From assembly GCA_030265395.1 (NCBI GenBank), contig JARFYF010000055.1, forward strand, positions 18,098,483 through 18,162,482: a DNA stretch of 64,000 nt, written 5' to 3'. This DNA is from Rhina ancylostomus (taxonomy: Eukaryota). The notes beneath the pieces were generated by a model. That model searched no databases. It was not told where the DNA came from and worked only from the letters and a program-made list of their open reading frames with translations. The position numbers and the translations under genes were made by a program. Shown one piece after another: positions 10,359-23,814 of this stretch (position 1 is the stretch's first letter; every line of letters begins with the position of its first letter).

Positions 10359-11939
10359 AATAAAGACAAATAATGTGGCAGATTAATAAACACAGACAGC
10401 TCGCAACATTACTGTGTATGAAATTAACTTAAAACTATTTCTCTTTAACATTCATTTTTGGACAATAAACAATGAAAATTTTTAATATAATGATGTGGAG
10501 CCAGCAAGAATGATGATTATGGATATATGGAATTTGAATTGTACAGAAAGATTAAGAGAATTGGATCTGTTTTCTACAGAATAGTAAAGAATTCCAGTTT
10601 ATCCAATTAAGCTCACTGGAACTATTGGGAAATCAGCAAAATATACCCAGATGTCCTTTATCAGTCCTTTCTTGACACATTTAAATACTCAGAAAAAAAC
10701 AATTAGCATCAGTGAGGACAAATTAAGCAACTGTAAGCAGCAGTCTTCCAGATGGACCCCAGCACGTGGAGGATGCAAATTATATCTTTTAAGAAATGCA
10801 AAGATTTTTATTTGTTCAGTTTATTTTGACTTTCTAATAAAAAGTTGTATGTTTGTAACATTTTTCTTTCATTTCCCTTGCTGATGTTCTCCTGAACTAT
10901 TCTTCAATTTGATAAAGGGATAACTTTAAATCTGCAGGAAATGCTGCCATTTTACTTTGCCATATACTGTTTGTAAAATTTAAAGCAACTTGACTTATAG
11001 CAGAAAAGAGATCACCTCATGGGAAAAATTGTTGAACTGACAGGAGTTTACCAGTTCAGACATTCTAGTCTATCACTTGGTTAAAGCAAAGTTACAAGAT
11101 ATAGTTCTTTTTGCAGCCAGCAGAATACATGTGGTTAGTTGTCAAACTCCCATCACTGTGGCTGTTATGGTTACAATTCTGACAGAGAACCCGGAGCTGC
11201 TTATTGCTCTTGTTGCAATGCAATGCTCTCTAAGGCTTCAAGGCCTCAGAACACAAAACCACACAAAACAAGAGGTTGGTGTACAGCTGAGTTCTATGGA
11301 AAATTGACAGTAAATTTGCATCTGTAGCATAAAATTTCCTTTTATTCCTTTGTACCTTCCAGCGTACAAATTACATCTTTAAATTCTGTCACCTTAATGT
11401 AGAATTATTTTCCTGTGATATAGCATGACACTGAAAGATATCTAACACTGTTTTTCAATGCTTATTCTTTCATGATAATATTCATTGATCACAGTGATTA
11501 AATAGTGCTCTACTCATGAATGACATTAGACATTTCTGAGAAGGGAAGATTGCTTGTATGTGTTGTATTGATAAGCAACATTAAACATTGCTTTTATCTG
11601 TGATTCAGCTGGTAAAATCTCACCTTTGAATTGGAAAGTTGCAGGGACCTGTACACAAAAGTCTAGGGTTAAACTTGTAATAAATGCAGCATGAGTTATA
11701 TTGATCATGAACAATAATTATTTCTTGTTAGTCCCTGTAAGCACTGCATCTTGTGACAAATAGGTTCAATAATATTTCAGTATTGAAAGTTTCTGGGACA
11801 GTCTGTGTGGAGGAAATCTACTGTGAGGAAAGGCAGCCTCACTGTGAAGATGTCTCAAAAACAGGGTGCCTTTGCCATAAGCCTGAATTACTGACTGTGT
11901 TCCAGTATCTTTAAAAGTGAATGAGAGAGATGTTTAGAA

Positions 11940-12245
11940 TATACTGAAAGACCAATGCATTGTCAGAGGTGCAGTCCTTCAGATAAGATGTTAACCTCTA
12001 GGCACTTGCAAACAAATACACTGCCAGTGCCCTGACAAATATGCTTAACGCTCCATCAACTTTTCTGAAGCAACAGAATCCAGTCTTCAGGTTTATGGAA
12101 GCTATTTGTGGAAGCTATTTGTGGAAGCCTACTGTGGGCAATTGCTACTTTTCCAATGTTACAACAGGCAAACCTCTTAAGTACTTCATTGGCTGTGGAG
12201 GTACATAGGATTTTGTGAAGATCACAATACAAAATGAAGGCTTTT
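11940..12245 (+). mobile_element. Ancient Deu-domain SINE
   Basis: TGCATTGTCAGAGGTGCAGTCCTTCAGATAAGATGTTAA and AAGTACTTCATTGGCTGT. Confidence 0.6.
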
Positions 12246-13769
12246 TATTTCTTTTTTCTTAATACCCTGAATTTTAAATTGCTTCTTTCAACTATGTTGC
12301 CTTTTCTTGAAATTACTTGTGATGGTCACTCATTTGTCCAGCATCTGAACAAACCAACTCCGGACTTCCTGATATTCTATTAATACTGAGAACTGGAACC
12401 ATGTTTTCAAGAGTTTTTTGAACAGATTCACATGCAGAAAACCCTTTTAAGTCTTTAGAATCCAGCTACATTTTTTTTTGCAAGTTCAGCAGCTACATTT
12501 AACTTTTAAAAAACTTTAAGGATCAACATTTTAGCTATTATAATGCCAAATTCTTTTTTCTTCTAATGAAAGTCAGATGATTTTGTTGAAATGTAATATC
12601 TAAGCAAGGAAATCAAAGTTTTTTATTACTATGAAAACCCTATAATCAGAGTGATTTCACTTATATTTGTCTTTAATGTGCTGCTGAATATTGTATAAAG
12701 TTTCTGGAGAAATGATGTCGATGTTTTACCTCGCTACATATACAGAGAGAATTGGAGCCTCGTTTCGCTGTTCTTACAATTAAGAAATTTGTAACAATTA
12801 AAAGACATTTCAAAGAAATAAAAAGGCTAAAAATAATTGCAGAAATCTGTATATCATAGAAATAAACTGTTCCAGGTTATGCTCTGAGGTGAAATTTTCT
12901 CCTTTTGATCCTCATAAAACAATAGAACAATAGCTTCCATCCGTTAGGATCTTATTACAATTTTCAATTGCATTCTTTTTTAATGTACACCCCAGTCTCC
13001 TGCAACAACAAAGGAAAACAGAGCCCTTTGCAGATGCTAATGCTATGTTTAACTTTGGTTAAATAGGTGAGTGGTAAATTTCTGATTTTCTCTCTTAATC
13101 TCAAACATTGATGGTGAAGGAATTGCTTTGAAGACATTGACCCAATTGTTAATGAGGGAGGTAATGGACTTCTGAATATTTATTTCTTTTTATTGAATTT
13201 TTTTGCAACTGCAGATAAAACTGACTTGACCTTCATATTATTAAAAATAACTTGGACTCATGAGCTGGTGTGTTGGTTAAGACTCATAACTCTGACACCA
13301 AATTGAAAATTCTATAAATGCTTTTATCTAAATGATCCTTTTACCTCATTGTTATGCAGCCCTTCATATTTCCAATTATTCTGGTGACAAGGCAGTGGGA
13401 CTACTTGAAGGGGATTATTTAGAAATATTTGGGAATAAAATGGCCACAGGTGCACTTCATTGCTTTATGTGGTAAATGCATTGCCATACAGTTGAGGGAA
13501 ATTTCATTCCCGAGGGCCATCACACTGTGCTACAGGCTTTTGCTTAGGAGGAAGACTTATCCAGGTGGAATTACAGATGTGAGTAAATTAGAACATTTAT
13601 TTTAGAATGCTAAAGATTTTGTGAATCAAATGTCAGTGGGATCCTGGGGAAGTTTTGGCACTAGGATGTCCCAGCTCTTGACTCAAAGCTACAACATATA
13701 TATCATAACCCCACAGTCTTGCATACAGTATGTTTGCTTCATATTTGGCTATCTTTTCTTTTATCTTTC

Positions 13770-14066
13770 AGGGTTGGGGAATCAGGAACTAGAGGACATA
13801 GGTTTAAGGTGAGGGAGAAAGATTTAATAGGAACCTGAGAGGTAATTTTTTCACCCAGAGAGTGGTCTGCTTATGGAATGAACTGCCAGAGGAAGTGTTT
13901 GAGGCAGGTACATCAACAACATTTAAAAGACACTTGAACAGGTAGGTGGATAGGAAAGTTTTATAGGGATATTGGCCAAACATGGGCAAATGTGGCTACC
14001 TTAGAAGGCTGTCTTGATCAGCATGAACCAGTTGGGTTGAAGCTTCCATGCTGTATGACTCTATGA
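13770..14066 (+). mobile_element. CR1 LINE 3' end
   Basis: ACTAGAGGACATAGGTTTAAGGTGAG...TTTTTCACCCAGAGAGTGG...TGGAATGAACTGCCAGAGG, tail GCTGTATGACTCTATG. Confidence 0.9.
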
Positions 14067-15359
14067 GTGGCATAGTGAATGGAATTGTTTGCTATACAGT
14101 GAATTGTTGCAATCCAAAATCCACTACACAAGTTGGTGCTGGAAGCAGATTCAGTGATAAATTTCAAAAAGGAGTTAAATGTGAACGTAAGAAGAGAAGC
14201 AATTGTACGGGAGAAGGAGGGCTAATTGAAGGGGCATAGTGGTCAAACACCCTCCTGTGTTGTGAGATTCTGATTCTATGAAATGATAACTGGTGCTCCT
14301 TTGGGTGAGATGTTGTTTTGTTCTCGGCTGCTTATGAAAACCGCTTGTTATAATTAGAGCGAAAATAAAAACAACGGCTTTTCAGTAGCCAATATGGCAC
14401 TGAGCTTCAACAGCTTCAAGCAGTGTAACTGGGCAAATTGGACTGTCAGTCCATTAAAATTGATTGATTGATTTTTAGTGTTAAATTTGAAGTTCTTTTT
14501 TTCAGAAGATCTATAGAAAATCTGTGGAAATTACTTCATAAACCTTTTAAAATGACAGAAACTTGAGAATTTTCTATTTAGTGTGCCACACTTAAGGATG
14601 GTAAGTTCAAATTAGACACCATGTACCCTGTGGTGAATCTTGTGGTTGTGTACACATACCATCTCTGATAAATAAGGGTGTTTCCTTTTTGGTTTTCTGT
14701 TTCTTGCTTATTTATAAGTTTTATACCCCTGCAGTAAAATTACAGTATATTTTTTCATTTTAATTAAAAGCACATTAGGCACTGTGTATGCTCATTAATA
14801 TAAGTTGCTTAATAGCTTATGATTTCAACCATGTATATCAATTCATTGCCCTATTCTGCTGGGCTCAATAGCTATAGCATTATCCAAGCTGGTTTCCCTA
14901 TCTTAAAAAGATGTTTTTTATGGTGCTAGGTGAATGTCTAATGGCTACTAATACACATTCAAGACAAAAGTTAAAGTCAGATTCTGTGCTTTAGCAACAT
15001 TAGGGAGACCCCAATCAGGACAAAATCAGGCATTGTGGATAAAAAGCCACAAACTCTTTATAAAGCTGTTAACAAAGTACAAATTCGGTAGAAGTACAAA
15101 GGAAGGAGAAAGATCAAATGGTGGATTGAAATGTTTTCTGCATTGGAGATGTGAGTGTGGTAGAGGGGGAAAGAATTTCCATGTTGTTCTGCAGTTATCT
15201 GCAGCAACATCACTGAAACATTGGAATAACTGGCTCCACTTTAGCCAGTTATGTTTATCAAGAGACTTCTCATGAAAATTTCCAATTGCCTGGGTATAAG
15301 TTTGTCCTTTGCTGAATATAATGAACAAGTAGTAGAGCAGGATTTATTTCAATGAAGTG

Positions 15360-15460
15360 AGTTCTGACGCAGGGTCCTTGACCTGAAATTTTTAACTTTT
15401 TCTCTTTCTACACATGCCTAACCTGCAGAGTGTTTCCAGCATTTTCTGTTTTTATTTCAT
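15360..15460 (+). mobile_element. Penelope-like terminal-repeat fragment
   Basis: CTGACGCAGGGTCCTTGACCTGAAA...TTTCCAGCATTTTCTGTTTTTATTTCA. Confidence 0.65.
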
Positions 15461-16899
15461 CAAAGTGAAGTTCAATGTACATACGTTACAATATTATGCA
15501 TTTAGCACATGAGACCGAGGATGAATTTCTACTCTTCCACTTTAATTTAAAGACTATTAAATTCCTCATTATTAAAACCTATAGTGTGCAAATGAGGAAG
15601 CATATTTTGGTCCAGAAAGCCCACAGTCTCCACAAATTGTTATAAAATGATAAATAATGGATGTTATCCAAACTATTTAATAATGACATACAAGTGGCAG
15701 TCCCAAGGTGGCTACACTCTAAATAATGGTGTTAAAGCTTCCTATAACTGTTGATTGCTGAATGCATTATACCAGTTACATATACCTTGCTCAATTATTG
15801 GGCAACTTATTGGAATATATCTACTCTGCTTTTAAATAATATTATAGTTTTATTGATCTAAAGCAGAGCATTTTAGGGAACACAATTGAATAGCAGAGTT
15901 TGTTTGTTTCATGATAAGTTGTAGAATGATGGGTTTACTTTCTAAACTCATTTGCATGTCAGCTCTGAAAATAGGTGGAGCACTGTACTGTATAAATTGC
16001 CTACTATATGTAGTTCACTAATAGGGCATATTATTTCCTTTAAAGGAAATATTTTGGTGATTTTGTTGTATATTTTGTTTATGAAATTTGTTTATCACAA
16101 CAGATCTTTCAAAATTAATTGGCATAATTTGTTTTCCATTTTAGTTTATTTGAGTATGAGGACTTTAAGTGGCTGCATTTGAGAAGAATAAATGGAAAAC
16201 TCAGAGAAGGCAAAAGCCATTGATTGCTGTGATATTGAGGAAGGAGTGTGTCATAATTTCTATGGATGGGTATCTTAATGAATTGAGGAGCCACTTTCTT
16301 CCGTACTGAACTTTGTGAATTTTGTAAACAGCTTGCATTTTTTGAGTAGTTCCAGCTAACCTAACTAGTTGATGTCACTGGCCACAAATATATTCCATAA
16401 GACTTTCTCCACAATTTGGCAATGGGCTATGTTTCAGCAGAGCAGTTATTATTGTAACCAAATGATTAAAGCATATAAACCCATAACAATATTAATCCAC
16501 ATAAAAGCATTTTTGNNNNNNNNNNNNNNNNNNNNNNNNNNNNNNNNNNNNNNNNNNNNNNNNNNNNNNNNNNNNNNNNNNNNNNNNNNNNNNNNNNNNN
16601 NNNNNNNNNNNNNNNTAAAAGCATTTTTGATTCAAGCATATCAAATCACAGATTCCATTCCTTCATCTCAATCTGTAGAATTCCAAATTCAAGGAAAATA
16701 ATCATAGTTGATTTCTCGATCCACAATTCCCATCGTTTTTTAATATCTTTAATTTAAATACTATGGCCACAAATTAGACTGCTTAGCAAGCTTTAGTAGA
16801 CTGGCCTCCAATGCAAAGACACACACTTGTGGTTTGAGTCACATTGTCACCATTTTGGTGAGGACATATTGCATGTGTATAATTCAAAGTGTATGCAGA

Positions 16900-17960
16900 A
16901 CCTGTTGTGAATTAGCATTTCACTCTGATTTGACCCCAGTGCTACCACTTTGGAGCCCACCATACTCTTATACTCTTTCTTAACCTCTTGCAGCTGGGCA
17001 TCTCTTCAGAAAGAGGAAGGGCCAATCCACCTGAACAATTTCAATGACAGCATCTTGGTTAGTTCCTGATTGATTTCCATCATTGCATCACCACATTCTG
17101 ATCCCACTTCTAATCCAGGTTTGAGGTAAAGTATGATATCAGTACCTGAGTTGTGGGGTGTGAATATTAAACTGAATAACAATATGTCCTCATCTTTCCT
17201 CTCTGCTTGCCAGTTGGGTTGCATTTCTTGGCTACCTGAAAGGAAAAATACACAAAATCAAGATTGAAAAGAGAGGAGGTGGATGAGGGTGAGGGCTGGT
17301 GCTGGTGATAGTGTAAAGACTATACAATCTTCAGCTTGTAACTTAGAAAGGTTTGTGAAATGAGAGGAAGTGAGAGGAAGCACTGGATATGTAGGGACCA
17401 TCATCTCTTACTGTTAACTATTGAATAAAAGGAATGATTGATGCATTGAGCAGCATCTGAAGTGATACAATTAGTGTGAAGTGGCATTTGGAAGATGCAT
17501 TCTGGGGTTTTAGATCATGCTGCACTGCATCCAAAGCCATGGGACTTGACCTTGAATGACCATCACAGGTTCACACTGATTGCAGTGAGTCTGCATGGAG
17601 GGATTTCTGGACACTTGTGGATAAACCACCTCTTTCCTCATCTCCACTTCATATGCCAAGGCCTCCAGTTCAGCATGGGAAAATATGTAGTGCAATTTTT
17701 AAGAAAGCCTCACACTATTCTGGCTGGCAGCAATGTACCTCAGCTTTAAGAGGTGCAAGATGGCTTTAAGTCATTTCAACTAGCTTTAAGTGGAGTCATC
17801 CACGATTGGCTCCTTGTTGAAGTGTTGCACCAATGAGCTGTTCAGCGTGTGTTGGAGCAATTAGGCAGATTAGTAGATTAAAAAAATTCAGGATTGCTGT
17901 GTACTGAAAACCACAGGCATAGGTTAAACATACATGATCTCCACGTGTTACTGAGAGGGC
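16900..17960 (-). mobile_element. Harbinger ORF2 (Myb/SANT-like, NAIF1-type) fossil
   Basis: ORF 17510-17695, FSHAELEALAYEVEMRKEVVYP...PWLWMQC, resembles the Myb_DNA-bind_5 pattern FS.AELEALV.EV..R..VL.P...RTW.QC. A downstream minus-strand acceptor ttttcctttcag lies at about 17237. Confidence 0.55.
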
Positions 17961-20589
17961 ATCAAATTTATCCCCAGTCAGTCAAATTTTATACTGTATG
18001 TTGCAGTTTCACATTATGGCATTTGAAACATTATTTCATAAAAATGCTCCTCTTGAACGTCTTCGGTTTAAATTTCATTACTGAGTGAGTGATTAAATTA
18101 TTGTGGTAGATAAAGGTTTCAAAATTGACCTTTTATTTTGTCTTTTGAATGGAGCAAATCCAGGTATCCTTTGCCAAGCTCTCCTTATCATGTTTTTGTT
18201 TAAATCAGGATATAATAGCAAAAATGTTTTTCTATCTAAGAGATTGTTGCAGATTTACAAATTTTCTCTCCACTCTCCCTCAACTCACAGGATTCTAGTG
18301 CCTTGTGTTGTGGCTATTTTCCATGTCTGACGCTGTGTAGTGAGTATCAACAGTTCATTAGACAATAGGGAATGAAGTATTGGAGCTATGCCTGACTGAC
18401 GTCTGTGCTTTTCAGTAAGGAACACTGGCCAAGTTATATGAGGGAACTTAGGTTTGGAAAACTGCCTCTAAATCCTGGAACTACCTTCCCAATAAGTACT
18501 GTAAGATTACTTTAACACCACTACAGGCAGTTCAAGAAGGTAGCTCACAATCACATTCTCAAGAATAATTTGGGAATGTGATCATTACTGGCCATGCCAA
18601 AATTGCCCACCACTCACAACTGAATAAAGAAAGGACCATTCTGCCCTTCAGATGATTTCTACCCCTCAGTAAGATCTGGTCTGATCTGTTCTTAGCCCCA
18701 ACTACGTACCTGGACTCCAAAAGCTTTTCAATCCTTGTTTACCATAATATAATCAGTTTTAAAATTACTGATTGAGCTAGAAGTACTAATTTTCATGGGA
18801 CTGTGTTCCATATTTCTTTCATCTTTAGGATGAAGAGGTGTTTGAACTTTCTTTTCCTCTTCCCTTTCTCAGACTGGGGGAAATTGAGATTGGATTGTGA
18901 TCTTCCCCTTCATATAGTCAGCTTATGTCAGCTATTCTGCTGGAACCATCCTGTCTATCCAACTAAATTCTGGTCCACAAGTATGTTCAACACTGAGCTG
19001 CCAGCGCACTCAAATTACTGGGCTTCCTAAAAATAAAGAGGATGATTTTCTGCCTGTAAAGAGATGCAATGACTTATTGCTGTATGAGTAATCGCAATGA
19101 AGTTTCAGTTGGGCATTCTGGACAAGAGATCTCATTTTATGGCAAGGTTTACAATAATGCTTATAGTTCTCCATTAGGAGCTTGAAAATAGCATTTAAGG
19201 TTGGGCAGATCCAGTTACTTNNNNNNNNNNTCTGCAACGGTCATGTGATATACACTCACAGAGCTTTATACTGCCATGTGCAAACCTAGAAAATAATGGT
19301 AAGTTTCATCACGCATATTTAAAATGGCACTAAATAGACCCTTTGGGCTTAATATTTTTTCTAGTCATGTGAGACCAGCTGCCAGCTGGTCCAAGGCTTC
19401 CTGAATGCTATATATTGTTTCTTCGCCATTATATTGTTGCTGGTCTTCTGACACATTCTCTGGTCAGTGGAGATGATAGTCACTGCCCCCCCCCCCCCAC
19501 TCCATTGCTATTTCCTCCCACTCCTGTTCCCTGGGTGTGGTGCTGCTGATGATCATTATGCCCCATCAGTTATGAGACAACCTTCCAATTCAGTAAAATG
19601 CAATGTCTGTTTTCCACACAGAGAGGTTGGAATTTTCAATTACCTCTTCAAAGATATCACTTGGCCGTAGGATTTTGGCAGTTAAGGAAGTTGATTTCCT
19701 GTCAGTTAAAGAGGCTAAACTGCAATTTATCAAGGATGAGTTCTGATTAACACATTCATCAAATGGATTGAAAATGCTGTATTCCTGTGTTCTTGTTTAT
19801 TTAGTTAATATGAAAGTTATGAGTTCCTCAGGAGGTGCTGTTGAGCTGCAGATCACCAGAGTTCAACAGCAACTGCTGAATAGTCAGAAAGAAATGCATG
19901 AATGGTGAAGAAAGACAATGACAGCTTCTCCAGTTTCCTGAGGAGCACTGGCTGGATGCACAATGGCAGATGGATTCCAAGTTCCAAGTTCACCTTAGAC
20001 TGGCAAGAAGACCAGAGAGACAGGTCCATGTGATGATTGGCAGTTCAGAGTAATGGCAGCAGCTGGTCACTATTTGTGATGCAAACTGTTTGTCATTCCT
20101 ATTCTGAGAAGTGAAAGCATCTGAGCAAATTTTTCCTTCTTCAGAACAATTGGCTGTTATTCAGCTCAGAGAATTAGCTGGTGATATCATAATGGCTCTT
20201 GAGTTTAGCAGGTTATTTTGTTTCTAAAGTCCAGAAATGTTTGCATTAGTTTACACATCTTGTTTGATCTGCATTTTGTCTCATGACCACATTCACTCAT
20301 AGTGAAACATTTTCAGTGGAAAGGTGATTCAGATTCAGTTGACGTCAGCTATGCACTCTGCATGAGGGGAGGTTGAGAGGAGGATGAGGTTGGGATATAG
20401 TCAACAAGCTTCCTTTCCCAGTTGAGTTGGGTGTGCAAATGCAAATCCTTGTCCACTTGTGATCCATGTTGCAAATTATTATTTCCTTACTCACTTATTA
20501 CAAAACAGATTGGGTCCATACTGCTCCCAACGGCACAATCACGTGAGTCCCATTTCTGTTTCCTTATTTCCCTGTACCCCGCACTTAGT

Positions 20590-20805
20590 TTCTCTCTCAT
20601 GTGCTTTTGATTTTTTTTTGCCATTAACCTACACTAAGAGATAATGTATGGCAGCCAATTAATCTAACAGCACATCTTTGGGAAGTGGGAGAAAAGCAGA
20701 GCACCCAGCATGAGTTCACGCTATCTTGGAGAGAACATGCAAACTCCATATAAAGAGCACCCAAAGTCAGGATTAAACCATACTCATGAAGATGTTGGCA
20801 GACTG
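20590..20805 (-). mobile_element. V-domain SINE, decayed
   Basis: CACATCTTTGGGAAGTGGGAGAAAAGCAGAGCACCC...GAGAACATGCAAACTCCA. Confidence 0.75.
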
Positions 20806-20829
20806 CTAACTATTAATAAAAAGGAATAT

Positions 20830-21460
20830 ATGGGGACAGTTCTCCATCAGAGAGACTTTTGATGGATGTTGCACCCACCTTCTCCTGCTCAGGGTTGATT
20901 GCATGGCAGACCAGGTGAGATCCTCACTATCAACGGGGAGCCCATTGTTGGATAATCCCACTGGTGAGGCAGCACACACCAGCAGAGGCAAATGTAAGGG
21001 GTACAAGTACTCAAAAGATCTGTTTCAAGGTTCTGTCTCTGGAGTCTAAGCTTAGTCCAAGATACTTAGGAAAAATGTTTCCAGGGTCAACTGTGTAGAG
21101 GGGAAGCCACCCAAAAGGCATTCTCCTGTCCTTATTTGAGCCATAAGACATTAATTCTTCTCCCTATACCTGACCCTCAGCTATTATACGTTAGCCCTAG
21201 GAAATGGCAAAAAATTCCACCTGCGACCCATCTCCTCAGACCTGTGCCCTTGTTACCTTTTCCAGGTGGCTGATGGGAATGATAAAACCAGCTGCAGTGG
21301 CAGAGTGGTGGAGGGAGGTCTCAGATGGGGTGCTAACTCAGTGGTTGGACTAAATGTGGCAATGCAATGCAACTTCAGCTGCAATAAGGAGAATTGCCCT
21401 CTGATTATAGGAACATTGAAAATGACACCTGAACATCTTATATTGTGCAGGACTTAGGGC
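20830..21460 (+). mobile_element. Putative Harbinger transposase C-terminal fossil
   Basis: WIIPLVRQHTPAEA (about 20950-20990) resembles WLMTP.R.P.T.AE, and IIGTLKM (about 21405-21425) resembles TIG.LKMRF. Heavily degraded. Confidence 0.35.
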
Positions 21461-23549
21461 ATGCTTCATTTGTAGATGTCTGATCTTTCAGCTAAAACTT
21501 TATAACCAAAGACTCACTGGACTTTCAAGACTGAACTAAAAGATCAAAATAAAAACTCTAAAGCAAATTAATTGGTCATAATTCCCACTAACTACTTGGG
21601 AACTTTTTTCCCTGCTCAAACTGGCTACTGTGCTTGTGTGTGGTAATTGTCAGAATCAGGACCACTTTCTGTCTTTGTGTTCCCAGTGGTAACCTGTGTT
21701 TGCTAAAAGGGTGGAGGAAGTTTTAACTCCTCAGTGATGTACTTTTAAGTCAGTCTAGTGTGTGACTCAAGAGGGCAACTTGCTAATGGTACATCCCAGT
21801 ATGCCTACTTCCCTTTTCCTTCCAGGCAGAGGCTGTGGGTTTGGGAGCTGCTGCTGATGGTAATGCATCAAAGACTGAGCAAGCCCAGCAAAAGAGACAG
21901 TTTCAAGACATATTTGTAGGTTAGAATGAGCGTGAGCCTTCTGTGCTTCTCAGTTGTTTAGGCCCCAAACTTCTTCCCCAGTTCCACATTCACCTCTTGT
22001 CTCCCTGATCAAGTTAGGGACCTACCTATTAGGCTTCTTGCCATTGGTGTCCAGGCAGAGGTTTTAATCGACTGATTGACAGATAATTCAAGTCAGCCTT
22101 ACATTGATTAAGAGTATGCAGATCACTTGCCTCATACCAATCTGCTCATCGCAGTCACAGAATCACAGAATGCTTACAGCACGGAAGGAGACCATTCAGC
22201 CCATTGGCCATACTGGTTCTATGTTATAGCAATCTCATTATCTCCACTCCCCCGCTATCTTCTCCTGAAAATTCTCTCCTTTCAGATACTTATCCAGATC
22301 CCTTTTGAACAGCAGAAATGGATTTTCCTCCAGCACTCCCTGACCTTGTAATCCAGACCACTCACTGAGAAAAAAACATGTTAATGTCACCAACCCTTAA
22401 AGATTTACCTTTTTCAGACATTTAAAGTTGTCCAAAAATGAATACAATTCAGAGAATTAGCTTTCAAGAATATTTGATTGGATTTGAATCCCTTTAAGCC
22501 TTCCTAAGGATACAAACATACTATAACAATGCTGTCATTTAATGGACGCGTTGGAATTAATCAGCACAATGTTAGGTGGTATGATGGTCCCTCCCCACAG
22601 AAAGCATGGTTTTAATGAATTCTCAGAAATTGACCACAGTCCTGGGGATCCTGAATGTGGAAGGTTTGGGGTTATGCAATTTGCAACCCACCCCCACCAG
22701 AGGAAGACTAAACTGAGAACAAAGTATGTCTCCCTTGTTTTCAAGGAGGTCCCTGCTTTGGCTGATGTGCATTTCCTCAGCCCACAGCAATGGTTCCACA
22801 TCTGATAAATCTATATTCTTCAAGCCTGAGCAGGAAAGTAAAGTCTAACCTGGAAGTTGCCTCAATTAATGCTTCTGTTTTGTGGACTATGAATTTCAAA
22901 GAAAAGTAAAACTGAGTGGGAAATCGGGAACTTATGTGAATTGCATAGAGCCTATGATTTTCCTTGTTGGTTCCCAATGCATTTGACCACCGATGACTAA
23001 TGCACAGAGGCAATGGACCTGCACTTCGGTGTGCAACGATGAATGAATGTCACTATCTGAACACCTAGGATTTTGGTGGAGGAAGATTGGGGTCAGGGGT
23101 CAGAAAGGGTGGATGGGCCATGATCTATAATAAAGGGATTAGTGTGAAGATCGGTATTGGGGAGCAAGGGAGGTATAGCAGTTGGTTGGGGAGGTGGCAG
23201 TGATTGAGACAACTGATTGAAAATGATTGAGGCTTGGTCATGTGGCAGATTGGGGGCAGATGTTACTGGTAGTGGGGACTGCAGAGTAAACTGGGTAATG
23301 ATATAACTTAAAGGAAACCTACCCAAGATATATCCCCAACTTGCACTTTACAGGCTTGATTGCCTTTAAGAAGGCTGCTTCTGGATTGTCACCCATGGAT
23401 GAAGCAGGACACAGGAAGAAAGTCCAGCATGTGACATTCAGGCATGTGGAGGACCCAGAAGGAACATCACAAACTTCATGCAACTTGCAGTAAGTCCTCA
23501 ATTTTCCATTACCTTTCAGCTTTCATTGACTATGAGAATTTCAGAAACC

Positions 23550-23740
23550 AACTGCAGATGCTGGAAGTCTGAAATAAAAAAAATGCAGAAAATGCTTAAA
23601 TGGTCAGTCAGTATCTGTGGAAAGCATTCATGACTTAGGTTCTGGTAAAAGTTCTTCAATCTAAAATGTTAACTCTGTTTCTCTTTCCACAGATGCTGCC
23701 TGACCTGCTGAGTATTTCCATTATTTTCTGTTTTTATCAC
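23550..23740. mobile_element. Penelope-derived palindromic element
   Basis: ACTGCAGATGCTGGAAGTCTGAAATAAAAA...TTCCACAGATGCTGCCTGACCTGCTGAGTATTTCC. Confidence 0.75.
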
Positions 23741-23814
23741 TAAGTTATGCGATCTATTTTCCCAGCCCTTGAATTTGCATGCTGCTTCAGGACATCAGGG
23801 CATATAAAAACTCC

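Noticed and set aside
12097-12128. Short tandem duplications (also about 3697-3725 and 56397-56437)
   Set aside because: Ordinary slippage duplications inside decayed repeats. No spacer structure, so not CRISPR-like.
13492-13578. 87-nt exon-like segment ending in GTGAGT
   Set aside because: Weak acceptor, unrecognisable peptide, and the start resembles a decayed CR1 3' motif.
14582-14600. 19-nt AG...GTAAGT micro-exon candidate
   Set aside because: Short pyrimidine tract, frame-shifting length and no other support. Such motifs are expected by chance in 64 kb.
16502-16630. TAAAAGCATTTTTG repeated on both sides of a gap
   Set aside because: Most likely an unmerged contig overlap, not a TSD.
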